Shown here one piece after another: positions 1 to 14,855 of a DNA stretch of 63,920 bases. The stretch lies in the NCBI RefSeq assembly GCF_001194135.2, contig NC_068990.1, forward strand, positions 37,042,084 to 37,106,003. The letters run 5' to 3'. Below the pieces are notes generated by a model. The model was not told the DNA's origin. It did not search any database and saw only the letters and a program-made list of their open reading frames with translations. Position 1 is the first letter of the stretch. Each line of letters opens with the position of its first letter. This DNA comes from Octopus bimaculoides (lineage: Eukaryota). The position numbers were made by a program, and so were the translations under genes.

Positions 1-114
1 GTTGGAAACGGTAGCCAGCCCTCCCTCAAATTAAATCTAAAAAAGATTTAACACATTTGATGGAATGCATTTAAATATAGGTCTGATCAGTCAGTGCTGA
101 TACAGGGCCAAGTA

Positions 115-148
<34 letters not shown>

Positions 149-371
149 TTGCTGCTGCTGCTACTGCTACTGCTGCTACCACAATGATGATGATGACAAT
201 GGCACCAATGACTTTAAGGTCTTTCAAAGGTCGTCCAAAGAAAGCTGACCAAGTGCTAAATGCATCATCATCGTCGTCCTTGTCGACGTCATCATCATCA
301 TCGTCATTGTCGTCATCATTATCGTCGTTGTCGTCATCATCATCAGCTTTGATCATTACTATCTGAAGTCC

Positions 372-753
372 TATGACTCATCGGGTTAGTTACTTGGAAT
401 TCATGGCATATAAATGACCACTTTTAAACTTCTCAATCCATTCATACTCACTTCTACCCAGTAGTACACTATCCCCATATTGTGCTAAAAGCCTCTGATG
501 AATTTCAGCACCTAACACACCTTCGACCAGAGAAATTGGATCACTGCTCTTTGTTCTTCTTTGGTGCACGTTGCTAGTGGGGTGGCCATGCTTACACTGT
601 AAAGCCAGCAAGAAACATGGCACAATAAGGATCAAACTTTGATCACGTGACAACAATAGTACCAACTATAAGGACAGATGCACAGAAGGCTGTGTGACAA
701 TGATAAAGATATGTTATGGCAAAAGTGCAGGTAACATTTGACTTCCCCTTGTA
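372..753 (-). mobile_element. Decayed mariner transposon, 5' end (TIR plus N-terminal HTH of the transposase)
   Basis: The minus strand encodes ..LVEGVLGAEIHQRLLAQYGDSVLLGRSEYEWIEKFKSG.., matching the mariner transposase N-terminal helix-turn-helix (EI..RL...YG...L....VY.W...FK.G). A TA|CAAGGGGAAGTCAAATG end at 751-753 resembles mariner TA|CGAGGG termini. Confidence 0.8.
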
Positions 754-969
754 TACTCACACACATACACAATAAACTCAATAACACACATGATTTCAAA
801 TCTGATGCCTGGTCCTTAAAAGAGGACTTCAAAGGATAACTCCATAATTTTTCATTTATGACGCTGTTTCCAATTCTGGTTTAGAATGAATAAGGCATTC
901 ACGGTCAAACATATACACCTACAGTCATGAATGCATGTAATTATGCACTGAAAGAACACACTTAGCAAA

Positions 970-1004
<35 letters not shown>

Positions 1005-1020
1005 TGTAGTTGTGTGTGAG

Positions 1021-1057
<37 letters not shown>

Positions 1058-1170
1058 TACATACATGTGCATATAAATATGTGGGTATGTGTATGTATAT
1101 ATATCATACATTTTATATATTTATAAATTATAAATATAGACATATATTATTATTCATTTATTATATACCT

Positions 1171-1205
<35 letters not shown>

Positions 1206-1299
1206 CATGTAAATATAAATATGTGGCTATGTGTGTGTATGTGTGTATATATATATATATATATATNNNNNNNNNNTATAAATATGTGGCTATGTGTGT

Positions 1300-1352
<53 letters not shown>

Positions 1353-1440
1353 GAGAGAGAGAGAGAGAGAGAGGGAGAGACATTATTTTTCATTCATTAT
1401 ATATTATATACATACATATATATATATGTATATCTATTTG

Positions 1441-1471
<31 letters not shown>

Positions 1472-1600
1472 CTCTATATATATGTATATATATGTGTGTA
1501 TATATATATAATAATAATAATATTAGGGACAAATTAATTTTTCTATATGTGATAGTGGATTTTCATCGATGAGTTCTTGAAACTTGGTTATTTTCCCTAA

Positions 1601-1650
<50 letters not shown>

Positions 1651-2447
1651 ACACTGCCTCCCAATTAAACCCCTACAAAGTTTTCTGAAAATATGATAAT
1701 CAATAGCAAAAATATAGAAAATAAGGAAGTTTTATCAGTCAATTTAATAAAATCTCTTTAAATCTAATATTTTGATGGTTTATGTAATATTGACATGGCT
1801 GATGGGAGATTACAGAAATCATCACCATCATCATTATCAACATCATTATTGTCAACATTATCATTCCTATCATCCTGATTAAGTTCATCATCATCATTTT
1901 GAACAAAAAATACAAAACAGACCCTTATCATGTTCCAACCTTACTAACACATAGATAAATAAATATATACACATAAATGCTCATGTATGTATGTATGCAT
2001 GAATGTATATGTATGTGCATGTATATATATATATATATGTATGTGTGTATATGTTTATATGTGTTACAAATTTATTTATGTGTTTATGTATAAGTATTTA
2101 TCCATGTGCGGATGTGTGTATGTGTGCATGTGCGTGGTTAAATATGCATGCTTACACAGATGTGAATGCATGCATTTCAATACGAGTATAATTGCAAACT
2201 GATTTCTGCGTACTAAAAAACAAACGCACACACCTGCATGTGTATCAAAAGTCATATGTGTATATTTAAACAGAAAAACTGAGAAAAAAAATATAGATAT
2301 ATTTACATGCTTTCAGATAAACAGAGATGGGTGAGTATATATATGTATACATATACATCCGTATACATATATACTTGTATATAAAGACATATTTAATGTA
2401 CATAATATACACAGATATACATACATGCATATATTAATACATATATA

Positions 2448-2496
<49 letters not shown>

Positions 2497-2844
2497 ATAG
2501 ATAGACAGACTGACAGACAGACAACAGATAGATGGGTAGAGATGTAGATAGACATTAAGATATGCTGTTTTACATACAGATACACACATATAGCCAAATG
2601 GATAGTCTATGAATATTTTTTTTTATACATTAATCGGTATGATGTGGAACAAAATATATTGGTTGCACAATCATATACATATGCATTCACTTATATGAAC
2701 TTTTTTCTTTTATTTTCAAACATACATACTCACATACATACACACATGTACAAAGGCTAAATCTAATTCAAACATAAATACAGCTTTCAAAAATGAAGAT
2801 GGCTGCTACCTTATCTGAATCAGTGGTATAAATATTTGAAGAAA

Positions 2845-2877
<33 letters not shown>

Positions 2878-4999
2878 TTGTACTCTTTAACTAATACATG
2901 CTAACTAAAATGCACTCAAATTACACATTACAAAATATGCACAAATATTTATACATAAATATACAAATATATTTACATATATACACATATATACATACAT
3001 GTATGTATATAAGTAGAAATATGAAGAAAGAGATAGAAAGATAGGTGATAAAGTAAAAGAAGCATATACAACATATACATGCATGATTATAGAATCCTCT
3101 AGGTATTAATACAGTCTTTCATGAGATGACATTCAGTAAATAAATGTTTGTAGATTATATCTGCTGTTATTTAGAAATGTAATCTCCAATTTTAACGATT
3201 AGATTATACGTAATCCTCTACTTTAATATTTTGCATCTGTTAGCATTTGATATTTTATGATTCGAAACAGAGAAAAAAAATCGTTATATTTTATATTATT
3301 TTTGTATTTATAAATAAATAACATATTTTCATCTAATTTTATATTTTTTAATTTTCTGCTTTGTAATTTTTCTAAAAGAAAAAACGAGCCATTGATTGCA
3401 AAGTTTTTTATGATTGCTTAATTTTATATTATTTTACTTTACTTATTACAATTTTCTGTTATTTCTTCTTTCTCTTCTTTTTCAGTGAATTGATTTTTTT
3501 TAGCCTTTCATCCTTCTATAGCTCACAAGATATATATACCAGTAATATAACAGAGTCAGATATATCCTACCAATTTTTTTTTTCATTGACAAGAATTTCT
3601 TTTGGAACATACTCAAATTGACTTCAGAAATAAAACATTATAAATCATCATTGTTTGGGACCATGCAGATTATGATGCCTCCAGAACTGTCTGTATGCAA
3701 TTTCCCTTTATATATTTTGGTAAGCAGTTGGTTAAATAAAGTCATTCTATTTTATAAAATCTGGAATGAACATGTGGCCTTATGGTTAGACTGCAGAACT
3801 CATGTACATAAAATCATTGGCACAGTTTCCCAAGACAGGAGGGGTGGGTTGCTGTGCTCTCATTTCACATTGCTCCAGTCCACACAGTTAAAAATGAATG
3901 TGGCTAGGAAGTGTCTTGCAGGCTGTTAGAAAAAAATCTTACAACTGCAACATGCTAGCTGTTCTTTGTGGCATGCATAATGATGATGATGGTGAGGGTG
4001 ATCTAGAATGTGATGATGCTGATGTTGATGTCATGTCATGCATTATATTTATTCGAAAACCTTTGAATAACATTCACACTGAGACAGCAAAGTAGCTTCT
4101 GCTTGACCTCTAGACATAACAGTCAAATGTCTTTCAAATTCCACTTCAATATTTTAATAAGAGAGGACATATTTAAATAATGTAGCACTGGATATGCTGT
4201 ACACGAATATAATGTTGTGATGATTATGGCTGGAAGGTCATTGATTAATGTATTTGCAAGATAAGAGCCTGGCTGGAAATAAATTACTGTGGCTAATTTG
4301 CTTTTCAAAAGAAGTACCATCCTTAAATCTATGGCAAAATACTCAAGAAATGATTTGTTGATTTTATCAGACTCAGTTTAAAACCAAATTTTCACAATCC
4401 TCTTTTAGATATATCATATATGTCTATAAAATGATCTTAAAGCACCAAGTTGCTTAATGAATTAATAAAATCACAAAGCATTCTTTAATGTAAGCATGAG
4501 TCCAGCAGTCTGGGCAGAAATCAGCAATGTTATTTGCTTTTTCTAATAGCGCAAAATATATCTCTAAAATTTATTTATATACTCCTTCACTTTAAAGCCA
4601 CTGTATATTTTGTATGGTATTCATCGATATTTTTAGTTGTATGTAACTTAGCTATCTTTTAATATTGCAAATTAAGCATTTTGGGATATTTCTAAATGAT
4701 AATACATGTGTTATTTTTATTTTTCATTTTTAAGTTTTTATATTTTACCAATTATAAGATAGAATATCTTTTGAAAATGTATTTCCAATGAAGTCAAAAT
4801 ATATACAAGATAGAACATAAAAACATAAGTATCTGAGAAAAATTAAAGTAGGAAATATGAAACAGATGTATGCATGCAATTATATATATCTATACAGAGC
4901 AGCAGTGTGGTATGAAGTTTGCTTCCCAAACATATAGTACCTGGTTCAGTCTCATAGCTTGGCCCCTTGGGCTAATGTCTTCTATTATAGTTCCAGTGA

Positions 5000-5520
5000 T
5001 ATTATGCTATTCTGTAGAGTGAACAATCTCACAGTAGGCAAACAAGAATTATATGCCCTGCAGTAGTATGTGGGACAGCTAGGGAAAGAATGGTATTTCA
5101 AGTTATCACTGGTCAATGTTTTGAAGTTCATTGACAGGCAATGCTTTTGGTGATAACTATAAGATAGTTCAGTTTTCCTGTTGGTGAATACATGTTATTG
5201 CAGTTTTTTTATGAAAGCAGGATTGGCAATTACAAACTCCTTGTGAGTAAGGAGAGGCCCTGTCAAATATGCTCCATGTGATGTAAGGGAAGTTATTTCC
5301 TTAGGCCTCAAGATGAAGCAAGTCAAGGAGTTGATGTTTCCCTTCTGTACACCTAAAGGAGTGCATATGTGGTGGTGATTTTCCTTTGAAACTATTGGCT
5401 ATTATGTCTGTATAGTATCTGAAGGTGACTCTAATGTTCACAGCCTTTGAGAGTCAGAATCACCCCAGTGAGTATTTGCTGGGATTTCAATAGTTACAGG
5501 TTGGAGTGTGGAGTGAAAAC
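5000..5520 (-). mobile_element. Possible highly decayed retroelement fragment (PLE-like?)
   Basis: Non-microsatellite sequence of higher complexity with broken reading frames. No unambiguous motif. Confidence 0.2.
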
Positions 5521-6225
5521 TATGAATACATCTTAGTTTCTGTTGTGACATGCAATATTATAAAAGATATTATTAAAGCATGATATTAAAGCATGATGCA
5601 AGGTAACTAGCATCACTGAAAATTCAACCTCAACAGAACACCAGCTACCAGATACTAACATACAACCTCTTCTACCACGTGGTGCACCAAATGAAGAAAT
5701 CAGAATCTCAGCCTTGTTACAATATCCACATGGTCTGATCTGAAGTGGTCAATGGAGACTTAGATATTTTCACCAGGAGGCCATTTCAAAATTTCATTTG
5801 AATACTTTTTACTCTGCCTTCAAACATCTCACGATGTGAAACTATTCTGTGCCCATAACATCTTAAGAAAATATGGAGCTGAATCAATCTGCTTATGCAC
5901 ATTTATAATATACATACACACACATAGATGAATTGAAAGATAGAAAGACAGATAGACAACTACATAGATACATCGATTGATAGATAGATAGATGCATATA
6001 ATTTATTCACAGCTGTTATTTCACAAATTATTACTATTAGCTTTTCACTAGTGACCATCAGCTGGTTAGAATGCCAACGAGAATCTCAAAGTAATGATTT
6101 CTAAACTTTAAGCTTCCAATAAAATATATTATATTTAATGCTAGTTTTAGTGTCTAGTCATGTCACATTACCCATATATTTCAATACAAATAGAGATACA
6201 CACTCATATAGAACTATGCATACAT

Positions 6226-6268
<43 letters not shown>

Positions 6269-6360
6269 NNNNNNNNNNNNNNNNNNNNNNNNNNNNNNNN
6301 NNNNNNNNNNNNNNNNNNNNNNNNNNNNNNNNNNNNNNNNNNNNNNNNNNNNCATACATA

Positions 6361-6406
<46 letters not shown>

Positions 6407-7539
6407 ATGTATGTTTGTGTGTCTTTGCACATATCTGTAGATATGCAGAGAGTGACATTAAGTAGATGCATCTAACTATATAAGAAAAAAATTTAGATAA
6501 TCTTATACTCATGCACATGCATACACATACACTTCCTCTCCTTTTCTCTCCCTCTCTCTTTCTCTCTTACTTTGTTACATACACACGCACACACAAACAA
6601 ATGCATATGCACACAAATATGCATACACATATACACACACATATATACACGGACAGACTCATATATTGACAATCATCATTTTTTTCATTTATCTGAAATN
6701 NNNNNNNNNNNNNNNNNNNNNNNNNNNNNNNNNNNNNNNNNNNNNNNNNNNNNNNNNNNNNNNNNNNNNNNNNNNNNNNNNNNNNNNNNNNNNNNNNNNN
6801 NNNNNNNNNNNNNNNNNNNNNNNNNNNNNNNNNNNNNNNNNNNNNNNNNNNNNNNNNNNNNNNNNNNNNNNNNNNNNNNNNNNNNNNNNNNNNNNNNNNN
6901 NNNNNNNNNNNNNNNNNNNNNNNNNNNNNNNNNNNNNNNNNNNNNNNNNNNNNNNNNNNNNNNNNNNNNNNNNNNNNNNNNNNNNNNNNNNNNNNNNNNN
7001 NNNNNNNNNNNNNNNNNNNNNNNNNNNNNNNNNNNNNNNNNNNNNNNNNNNNNNNNNNNNNNNNNNNNNNNNNNNNNNNNNNNNNNNNNNNNNNNNNNNN
7101 NNNNNNNNNNNNNNNNNNNNNNNNNNNNNNNNNNNATACATACAAATATATATATATATACATATATATACATACATACATATATCTATATATATACATA
7201 TATATATGTATGTAATATATTTATGTGTGTATGTATATATATGTGTGTGTGTGTATGTATTTACATATACATACATAAATACATACATACATACACACAT
7301 ATGTATATATATATATATATATACGCACACACATAAATACATATTCGGTTGTATACATACATGTATACACACATATAGCTATGCCCTGGAAGTCAGTGAA
7401 AATTTCATTAAATTCCACTCCAATTTGATTGTGACACTAATGGTTTAAAAAGATTTTCTCTTCTTTTTGTCAATTTGATCATGAATAAATTTTCAGTTCT
7501 CATAATTTATTGATAGTTTTCATCTCACATCTATCTATC

Positions 7540-7582
<43 letters not shown>

Positions 7583-8063
7583 GCACACAATACACACACA
7601 CTCAAATATATATATGCATATATTATACATATATCTATATATATGTATACATATGTGAATATATATATATATATATGCATGTATGTATACATATGCATAC
7701 ACATGCAAGCACATATATGTGTATGTATGTAGCTCATTGTAAATTTTGTTCAATAATAAAATAATCACCAGTAATGAAATAGTGTGGCTTTGAGGCAATG
7801 GGAGTTATACTGGGAAGGTGTCTAAAGGGGCTGAGAGGATGGGGTTGATAAGTTGTCAGTCTATGTACTACATTATTTCTTGTGGATAGTTCATTTTTGT
7901 TATTTAAATTTATTTTTCATATTTTATTCTAATACAGTGTTAGCATCAAAAGAGAGAATTGGTTTTCCTCCTCTTTCGCTCTATGGTCCCTTCTTCTACC
8001 TCTTCTTATTACCAGCATCATTTTCATTATTGTAGCCAATTTCCTAATCTGCATCATCATCTT

Positions 8064-8100
<37 letters not shown>

Positions 8101-8159
8101 CCAGCATGGCCACAGCTCATGAGCTGAAACTAGATAAAATGAAAATAAAATAAAATGAA

Positions 8160-8192
<33 letters not shown>

Positions 8193-9161
8193 AGAGTTGA
8201 CAAGCCAGAGAACCATGATCTTTTTGGTATGGTTTCTATAGTAGGATGCCCTTCCAAACACCAGCCACATTTTACGCTTGGAAAATGGACATTAAACATT
8301 GATGATGATGATGATGATGATGATGATGACGGTGGTGATGGTTGTGGTGGTGGTGATGGTGGTTGTGGTGGTGATAATGATGATATCTTCATTACCATCT
8401 TCATCATCATCATCATCCTTTAATGTCCATTTTCCATGTTAGCATGGATTGTATGGTTTGACAGGAGCTGTTAAGCCAGAAGATTTGTGCCAAGCTCTGT
8501 CTGCTTTGGTATGGTTTTTTTTTTAATGGCTGGATACCCATTCTATTACTGACCAGAGTGAATTTTTACATAGCACCAGCATCGACAGGTTCACTAAGTG
8601 CTTTGCAAGAAAAAGACCCCCTCAACAGGAGAGGTGGCTTTATACAATTTTGAAGATTAAAGAATAATAGAGGTATAGAGAATAGGTGTTTTGTTATAGA
8701 GGAGAAGCATGGCTACTCCAGTAGGGAAAGAAAGGAGAGAAAGAGAGATAGGGTTAGGAAGAAACATAGGGAGAAAGCGTAGACAGATACAGAGACAAGA
8801 GTGGTAGCTGGTAGTGGAGTTGTGCATAGACATATCCTCAAGGCACAGTGATGGGGGGGGGGGTGATAAAGTGGGACAGACAATTGCACAGAATGAGAAA
8901 GCAGGAGTGATAGACAGAGATGTTACGAAAGAGTGAAAGGGGAGATGGCCATAATGAGTGATGATGGGAGTCGTAGAAGTGATGGTGAGAGTTGTCAAGT
9001 GGAGCATATTTATGTGTGTGCTTGATATATATATGTGTTTGCGTGTAAACATATACACTTGTACACACATCAACACATATAACATGGATATTGCTTCATA
9101 TAAAATGTGTATGTTTGTGTGTTTGTATGCATGTATATGTGTGTGTGTGTGTGTGTGTGTA

Positions 9162-9193
<32 letters not shown>

Positions 9194-9341
9194 TAGAGAG
9201 AGAGAGAGAAAGGGACAGAGAGAGAACAATGTATTTCAGAATATCAGTAATATAAATATGTTGAAAGTTATCTAGAAAACCTTTAGATGTGGGGATTGTA
9301 ACGATATAAAAACATTTCATTGTTCTCTTAATTAGACTAAA

Positions 9342-9554
9342 TATTGCTTTCAAATTATGACTCAAACCCAGAAAGATCGAGACAGTGGGTAAGTCGATTA
9401 CATCGATCCCAGTGTTCAACTGGTACACATCTTATTGACCCACAAAACGATGAAAAGCAAAGTCGAGCTCAGTAGAATTTGAACTCAGAATGTAACAACA
9501 AAATGTTATAAAGCCTTTTGCCTGGCATGCTAGCAATGCTGCCAACTTGCCACC
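9342..9554 (-). mobile_element. tRNA-derived SINE, family A
   Basis: Reverse complement of the recurrent GGCGAGCTGGCAGAA..TTCTGAGTTCAAATTC..CTTTCATCCTTT..GTACCAG..GGTCGAT..AATCGACT unit, which has pol III A/B box-like motifs. Confidence 0.8.
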
Positions 9555-9759
9555 TTCAAGTAGACTAAATATTAGCTGGAAATTTCATACCAGTCTGCTT
9601 CAGGTTATTTGTCATTCTTCAGAGATGTACTTTTATTCTTTCAATATATAAAAAAAAATTTATTTTCGTCATCATATAGGGCAATTATTTACCAGCATAC
9701 CATACCAACAGTGAATCTGATTGGCATATAGTGCTGGTCAGCCACATTAGCTTTTTGGA

Positions 9760-10721
9760 TTGGGGCTTCTTGTGGGCCATATGTCCTTACCTGTGAATGA
9801 CAAAATGTTTTTCTGAATCCAATGTTGTGTCTGTTTGGAGCTGTCAGATGGTGCTGAGTCCTATCAGAGACTCCAAGGTGTGCCTTGAAAGTGCTCATTC
9901 ACCCATGGAAGCAGTTCAGCTTCCAGACTGTCACTAATGTATTGGTGGACGTTAATGTTAACACCTGAGGGCACAACAATGAGGGGAGACCTTCCAGTGG
10001 CTGTCACAGCAGCCCAAACCATAAACGACTGTGGATTTTGACATCAATTTATAAGTCTACCCTTGACGGAATCAGATACATTCCAAAGTCGGTCATTCTG
10101 GTGGTTTACACTCTGTTTCATGTCAAATTTCTTTTCATCAGTGAACACCAAGTTGGGTATCATGCCTTCAGCAATCTGACGCAGGATAAGACAACTTCTC
10201 TCCAGTCTTGTGGCCCTATAAACTTGTGTGAACTCATGAAAGCAGGTCATCTTGTAGGGATGGGTCCTGCAGTCTTCCCTTCAGCACTTAATGCATCGAT
10301 GTTCAGCTTATTTTTGCTGCAGCAGCCAGTTTTCTGATGGAATGATGAGGATTTCACTGTATCTTTTTTCTGGTACTTTCGATAAGCTGAGGAGACTGCA
10401 CACTTCTTTTTCAGCCACATCCAGGTCAATGAGCAATGGAACCAGTCTCTTGATATTTCTTGACAATTTTCCAGACTGTGTTTCAGTTAATCTTTAGCTT
10501 TTTTGCTTTAGCTGTATTACTTTTGCTTCTTTTGTGGAAAGTAACGATTGTATTTCAATCTATAGCCATTATCTAATTTATAAATCTAAATTTATTTAGT
10601 TTGAAACAAAAAGAAGACACTCTAAGGTTTTATAATGATGTATAATTTTCATATCTTATCACATTTATTGATAGTTATTAAAGCCCCAAACTTCAGTTGT
10701 CTTAAATTTGGGACCTCTGTA
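9760..10721 (-). mobile_element. Decayed Tc1/mariner DD37D (maT-like) transposon, 3'-truncated
   Basis: ATG at 10569, then HTH region, VFTDEKKFD..NHQNDRLW, FMVWAAVT..GRSPL, (QQ)DSAP and IWPTRSPNP motifs, with many stops and a frameshift. Left end TA|CAGAGGTCCC at 10719-10721. No right TIR was found. Confidence 0.88.
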
Positions 10722-10747
10722 TATGTATGTATGTATGTATGAATGTA

Positions 10748-10803
<56 letters not shown>

Positions 10804-12601
10804 TATATAGAGAGAGAGATAGATAGATAGATAGACAGGTAGATGTACACATATAAGCATATATGTTCACCTTCATACAGACATATTTCTACATCTACTT
10901 ATATATAATGTTCATTATTCTTTGCTAGTTATTTACTGGTCTTATAGAGTACATAAACTGTTTCAGTGTACTTACTTTATGCCATCAGAGGTCAGAATAT
11001 ATTTGCATGTAAAAATAACATGTTCGTTCAGGTCAAAACTAAAGACAACATAGATTCAATGTGACACTAAAAGGAATAAAATAGGAAAAAAATTCATCTC
11101 CAAACAACATTTTAGGGGTTTAGATAGACATATCAGTAGGTCCAAAACTTGTCTAGATTATGATGATGATGACTATCTGGATGGTAATTCTTGTAAGCGT
11201 CGTATACCAAATGAGAGAATCTATGATTCAATTAGTTTGATTTAATGATTGGAAGAGAGAAATACAAATTGATTTATAAGAAACAGAATAGATTGAGGGC
11301 GAAATATACTGGCAATGAGATACACATCCAAAATAATCACCTGAATAAGTATTAAATTGGTAAAGTTACTATATGCAGAGTTATTTTGAGCTACCAAAAA
11401 AAGACACTGTATGTATTATAAAGTATTATCAGAATATGATTATTAAAGCATGTTTTAATTATTCTGGTGACAAGCTGGCAGAGTTGTCATAGTGTTGGAC
11501 AAAATGCCTTGTAGTATGTGTTCTTGATTTAAGCATTCTGAGTTCAAATCACATTAAGATCTGTTTTCCTTTCATTTTTTGGTAATCAATGAAATATTGT
11601 ACTTGTCACTAACTGACTAACCGTCTCACTGACAAAACTGTTGGCCTACAGCCTAAGTTAGAGATTATTATTGAAGCAACTAGTTGGTAGACTTGTCAGA
11701 GCATTAGTAAAGCATACCTTGCAGCTTTTATTTCAGCTCTTCATTTTCTGAGTTCAAATCTCATGAAGTTCTACTCTGATATTATCCCATTGGGTGGGAT
11801 AAAATAAAATACCAGTATTGAACTGGTATAGATGTGATCAACTAATTCCTATGTCCATATTTCAGGTTTAAGGTCTGTGATACACATAATTATTATGCAT
11901 ATCTGTTGTGTCGACACCAATAAGTGAAGAAGTAGGATCGATCAAGACATATAAATAGAGGTAGTCTGACCATGGTAGGAGTTGACTAATGGTGGTCTGA
12001 CTGTTGAGTAGCAGTCGGTTAGCAGTTGAGTAGAGATCATCCGAAGGTGCTAGATAGTCATAGCTTGAGACATAACAATATCAAATCTGAGGATGGATTT
12101 GATAGGATACAAATTGTATGTATACGACTTATTGTGATTAAGATAGATGGATCGGTTTCCAGGGTACCATTTCAATGACCACTGAATGCTAGCATGGCTC
12201 CAGCTTATATCAATGAAACTACACAAAGAAACATATTTGTGAAATTATAAAAAGAAAGCATTTATTGTATTATTTATATCAGCGTTTACTTAATCAATAA
12301 ATGCCATTATATATGTAGCAAACATTTCCTTTTAAAATTTATTGTAGAAAGATGCTTTATTTAAAAAAAAAAAAAAGACAACCTATAGATGACAACCAAA
12401 TGTATCTATCTCTAGTAAATAGAGATGTAGTTCTATCTTGCTTGATCGATGAAAAACTATTTGAACTATCTTGATGTTAGTCCTCTCATGATATATGCTT
12501 CATCTTGCATTTGTAGATATATGTCTATATATGTATGTATGTATGTGTGTGTGCATGTGTGCGAGNNNNNNNNNNGCATGTATGTGTGTGTGCATGTGTG
12601 C

Positions 12602-12643
<42 letters not shown>

Positions 12644-13051
12644 ATGTGTGTGTGGTGTGTTTCATGGAAAGGGTTACAACAGACATCATTGCATTATTGA
12701 ACGAATTATTATTAATTATCTCAAAAAAATTTTGTTAATTATATAAATGATGCAGTGTCCTGACAACCAACTACTAATATGAGTAGAAACTGGGTAAAGA
12801 TTATATACCTAGCTTTGGCCCCACTAATTATGAAACAGTATTATTCTAGAACTTAAAATAATGTAATTGACATTGAATATTTGCAGCACAGTAGCAAAGA
12901 TGTAAAAGAAATAAAATGGAGTTTTTTCACCAAAGGTAATAGTTTCTACCTTAACCCATAATGTGAATAGACTTTTAGAGAAATATATAAAATGTGTTTA
13001 ATAGACAGAGAGAATAAGAAGAGAAATAAGGAAGAAAATAGATCAAATGAA

Positions 13052-13089
<38 letters not shown>

Positions 13090-13298
13090 ATATATATATC
13101 ACTCTCATTCTTGCTTTGTGTGTGTATACATAGCAAGAAAGAGGGTGAGAGTGGAAAGGAATGGAAGGGAAAGAACAGAGAGAAAATAAGCAATGGATTT
13201 TGAAAAACATGTAAGACGAAAGAGATTTTGAGTAAACATCGTTATAGGAAAGAAACTCAAATATATTACAATGAAAGATACTCTACTGCTTATTTCAG

Positions 13299-13385
13299 TA
13301 AATATATTTGCCTCTGTGGAAGAATCTCTTGCAGAGATGGTGCTATTAACCTTTCAGATCTGCAAGATGCATTATGTCAATTTTG
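13299..13385 (+). CDS. Candidate 87-nt exon, two open frames
   Basis: Flanked by tatttcag| and |gtaacc. Phase-compatible with a candidate at 12887-12935 (|gtaata). Confidence 0.22.
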
Positions 13386-14148
13386 GTAACCAATTTCCAT
13401 TATTTTGTTGCTTTCATAAAATGCTGCACATTTTCCAAAGCAATGATAGTGATATATTCGCAAAAATCCATCCATACATATATGCATACCTTCATACATA
13501 CATACATACATACATACATACAGACAGACAGACAGACAGACTTGCAGATAGATAGATAGATAAATAGAGAGATAGATAGATAAATACCAAGCTCTCTCTC
13601 TCTATATATATACATATATACATATATGTATGTATTATATGTATCATATATATGTATGATTGTGTACATATATGTATGCATATATAAATACACACACACA
13701 CACAAACATATATGAAATAACTTATGAAAGTTATCCATTCATAGATATATACATACACAGATTTATATATATGTAAATGCGTGGCTATATGTGCATGTGC
13801 ATGTGTATAAGAGCACATACACACATGCACACACATATGCATGCACATATATACTCTCACACACACATCCAGGAGGGGGAGAGAATGGATGAGTGAGTTG
13901 TGTCACTGTATATGCATTAGCATTTGTGTGCATGCAACCAAATGTGCACACAATTGCATATAAACATTTTCGCATTGATGTATGCATGAATATATATAAT
14001 ATATAAACACATATAAGCATACGTATTTATGCGTATATGTAAGATTTTGTGTGTATAAATATATGCTGCATATACCCATACAGGTACAAACAGATGCAAA
14101 GTATGATTTATATATATGTGTGTATATATGAATGTGTCTACATATATA

Positions 14149-14855
14149 NNNNNNNNNNNNNNNNNNNNNNNNNNNNNNNNNNNNNNNNNNNNNNNNNNNN
14201 NNNNNNNNNNNNNNNNNNNNNNNNNNNNNNNNNNNNNNNNNNNNNNNNNNNNNNNNNNNNNNNNNNNNNNNNNNNNNNNNNNNNNNNNNNNNNNNNNNNN
14301 NNNNNNNNNNNNNNNNNNNNNNNNNNNNNNNNNNNNNNNNNNNNNNNNNNNNNNNNNNNNNNNNNNNNNNNNNNNNNNNNNNNNNNNNNNNNNNNNNNNN
14401 NNNNNNNNNNNNNNNNNNNNNNNNNNNNNNNNNNNNNNNNNNNNNNNNNNNNNNNNNNNNNNNNNNNNNNNNNNNNNNNNNNNNNNNNNNNNNNNNNNNN
14501 NNNNNNNNNNNNNNNNNNNNNNNNNNNNNNNNNNNNNNNNNNNNNNNNNNNNNNNNNNNNNNNNNNNNNNNNNNNNNNNNNNNNNNNNNNNNNNNNNNNN
14601 NNNNNNNNNNNNNNNNNNNNNNNNNNNNNNNNNNNNNNNNNNNNNNNNNNNNNNNNNNNNNNNNNNNNNNNNNNNNNNNNNNNNNNNNNNNNNNNNNNNN
14701 NNNNNNNNNNNNNNNNNNNNNNNNNNNNNNNNNNNNNNNNNNNNNNNNNNNNNNNNNNNNNNNNNNNNNNNNNNNNNNNNNNNNNNNNNNNNNNNNNNNN
14801 NNNNNNNNNNNNNNNNNNNNNNNNNNNNNNNNNNNNNNNNNNNNNNNNNNNNNNN
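14149..14855. other. Assembly gap (largest of many N runs)
   Basis: N run flanked by (AT)n. Confidence 0.99.

Noticed and set aside
925-1537. YI/CV/HT-rich ORFs here and throughout the window
   Set aside because: They are translations of (AT)n, (GT)n and (CA)n microsatellites, open in several frames on both strands.
3486-3719. Strong + strand acceptor and gtaagc donor 234 nt apart
   Set aside because: All three frames contain stops across the interval.
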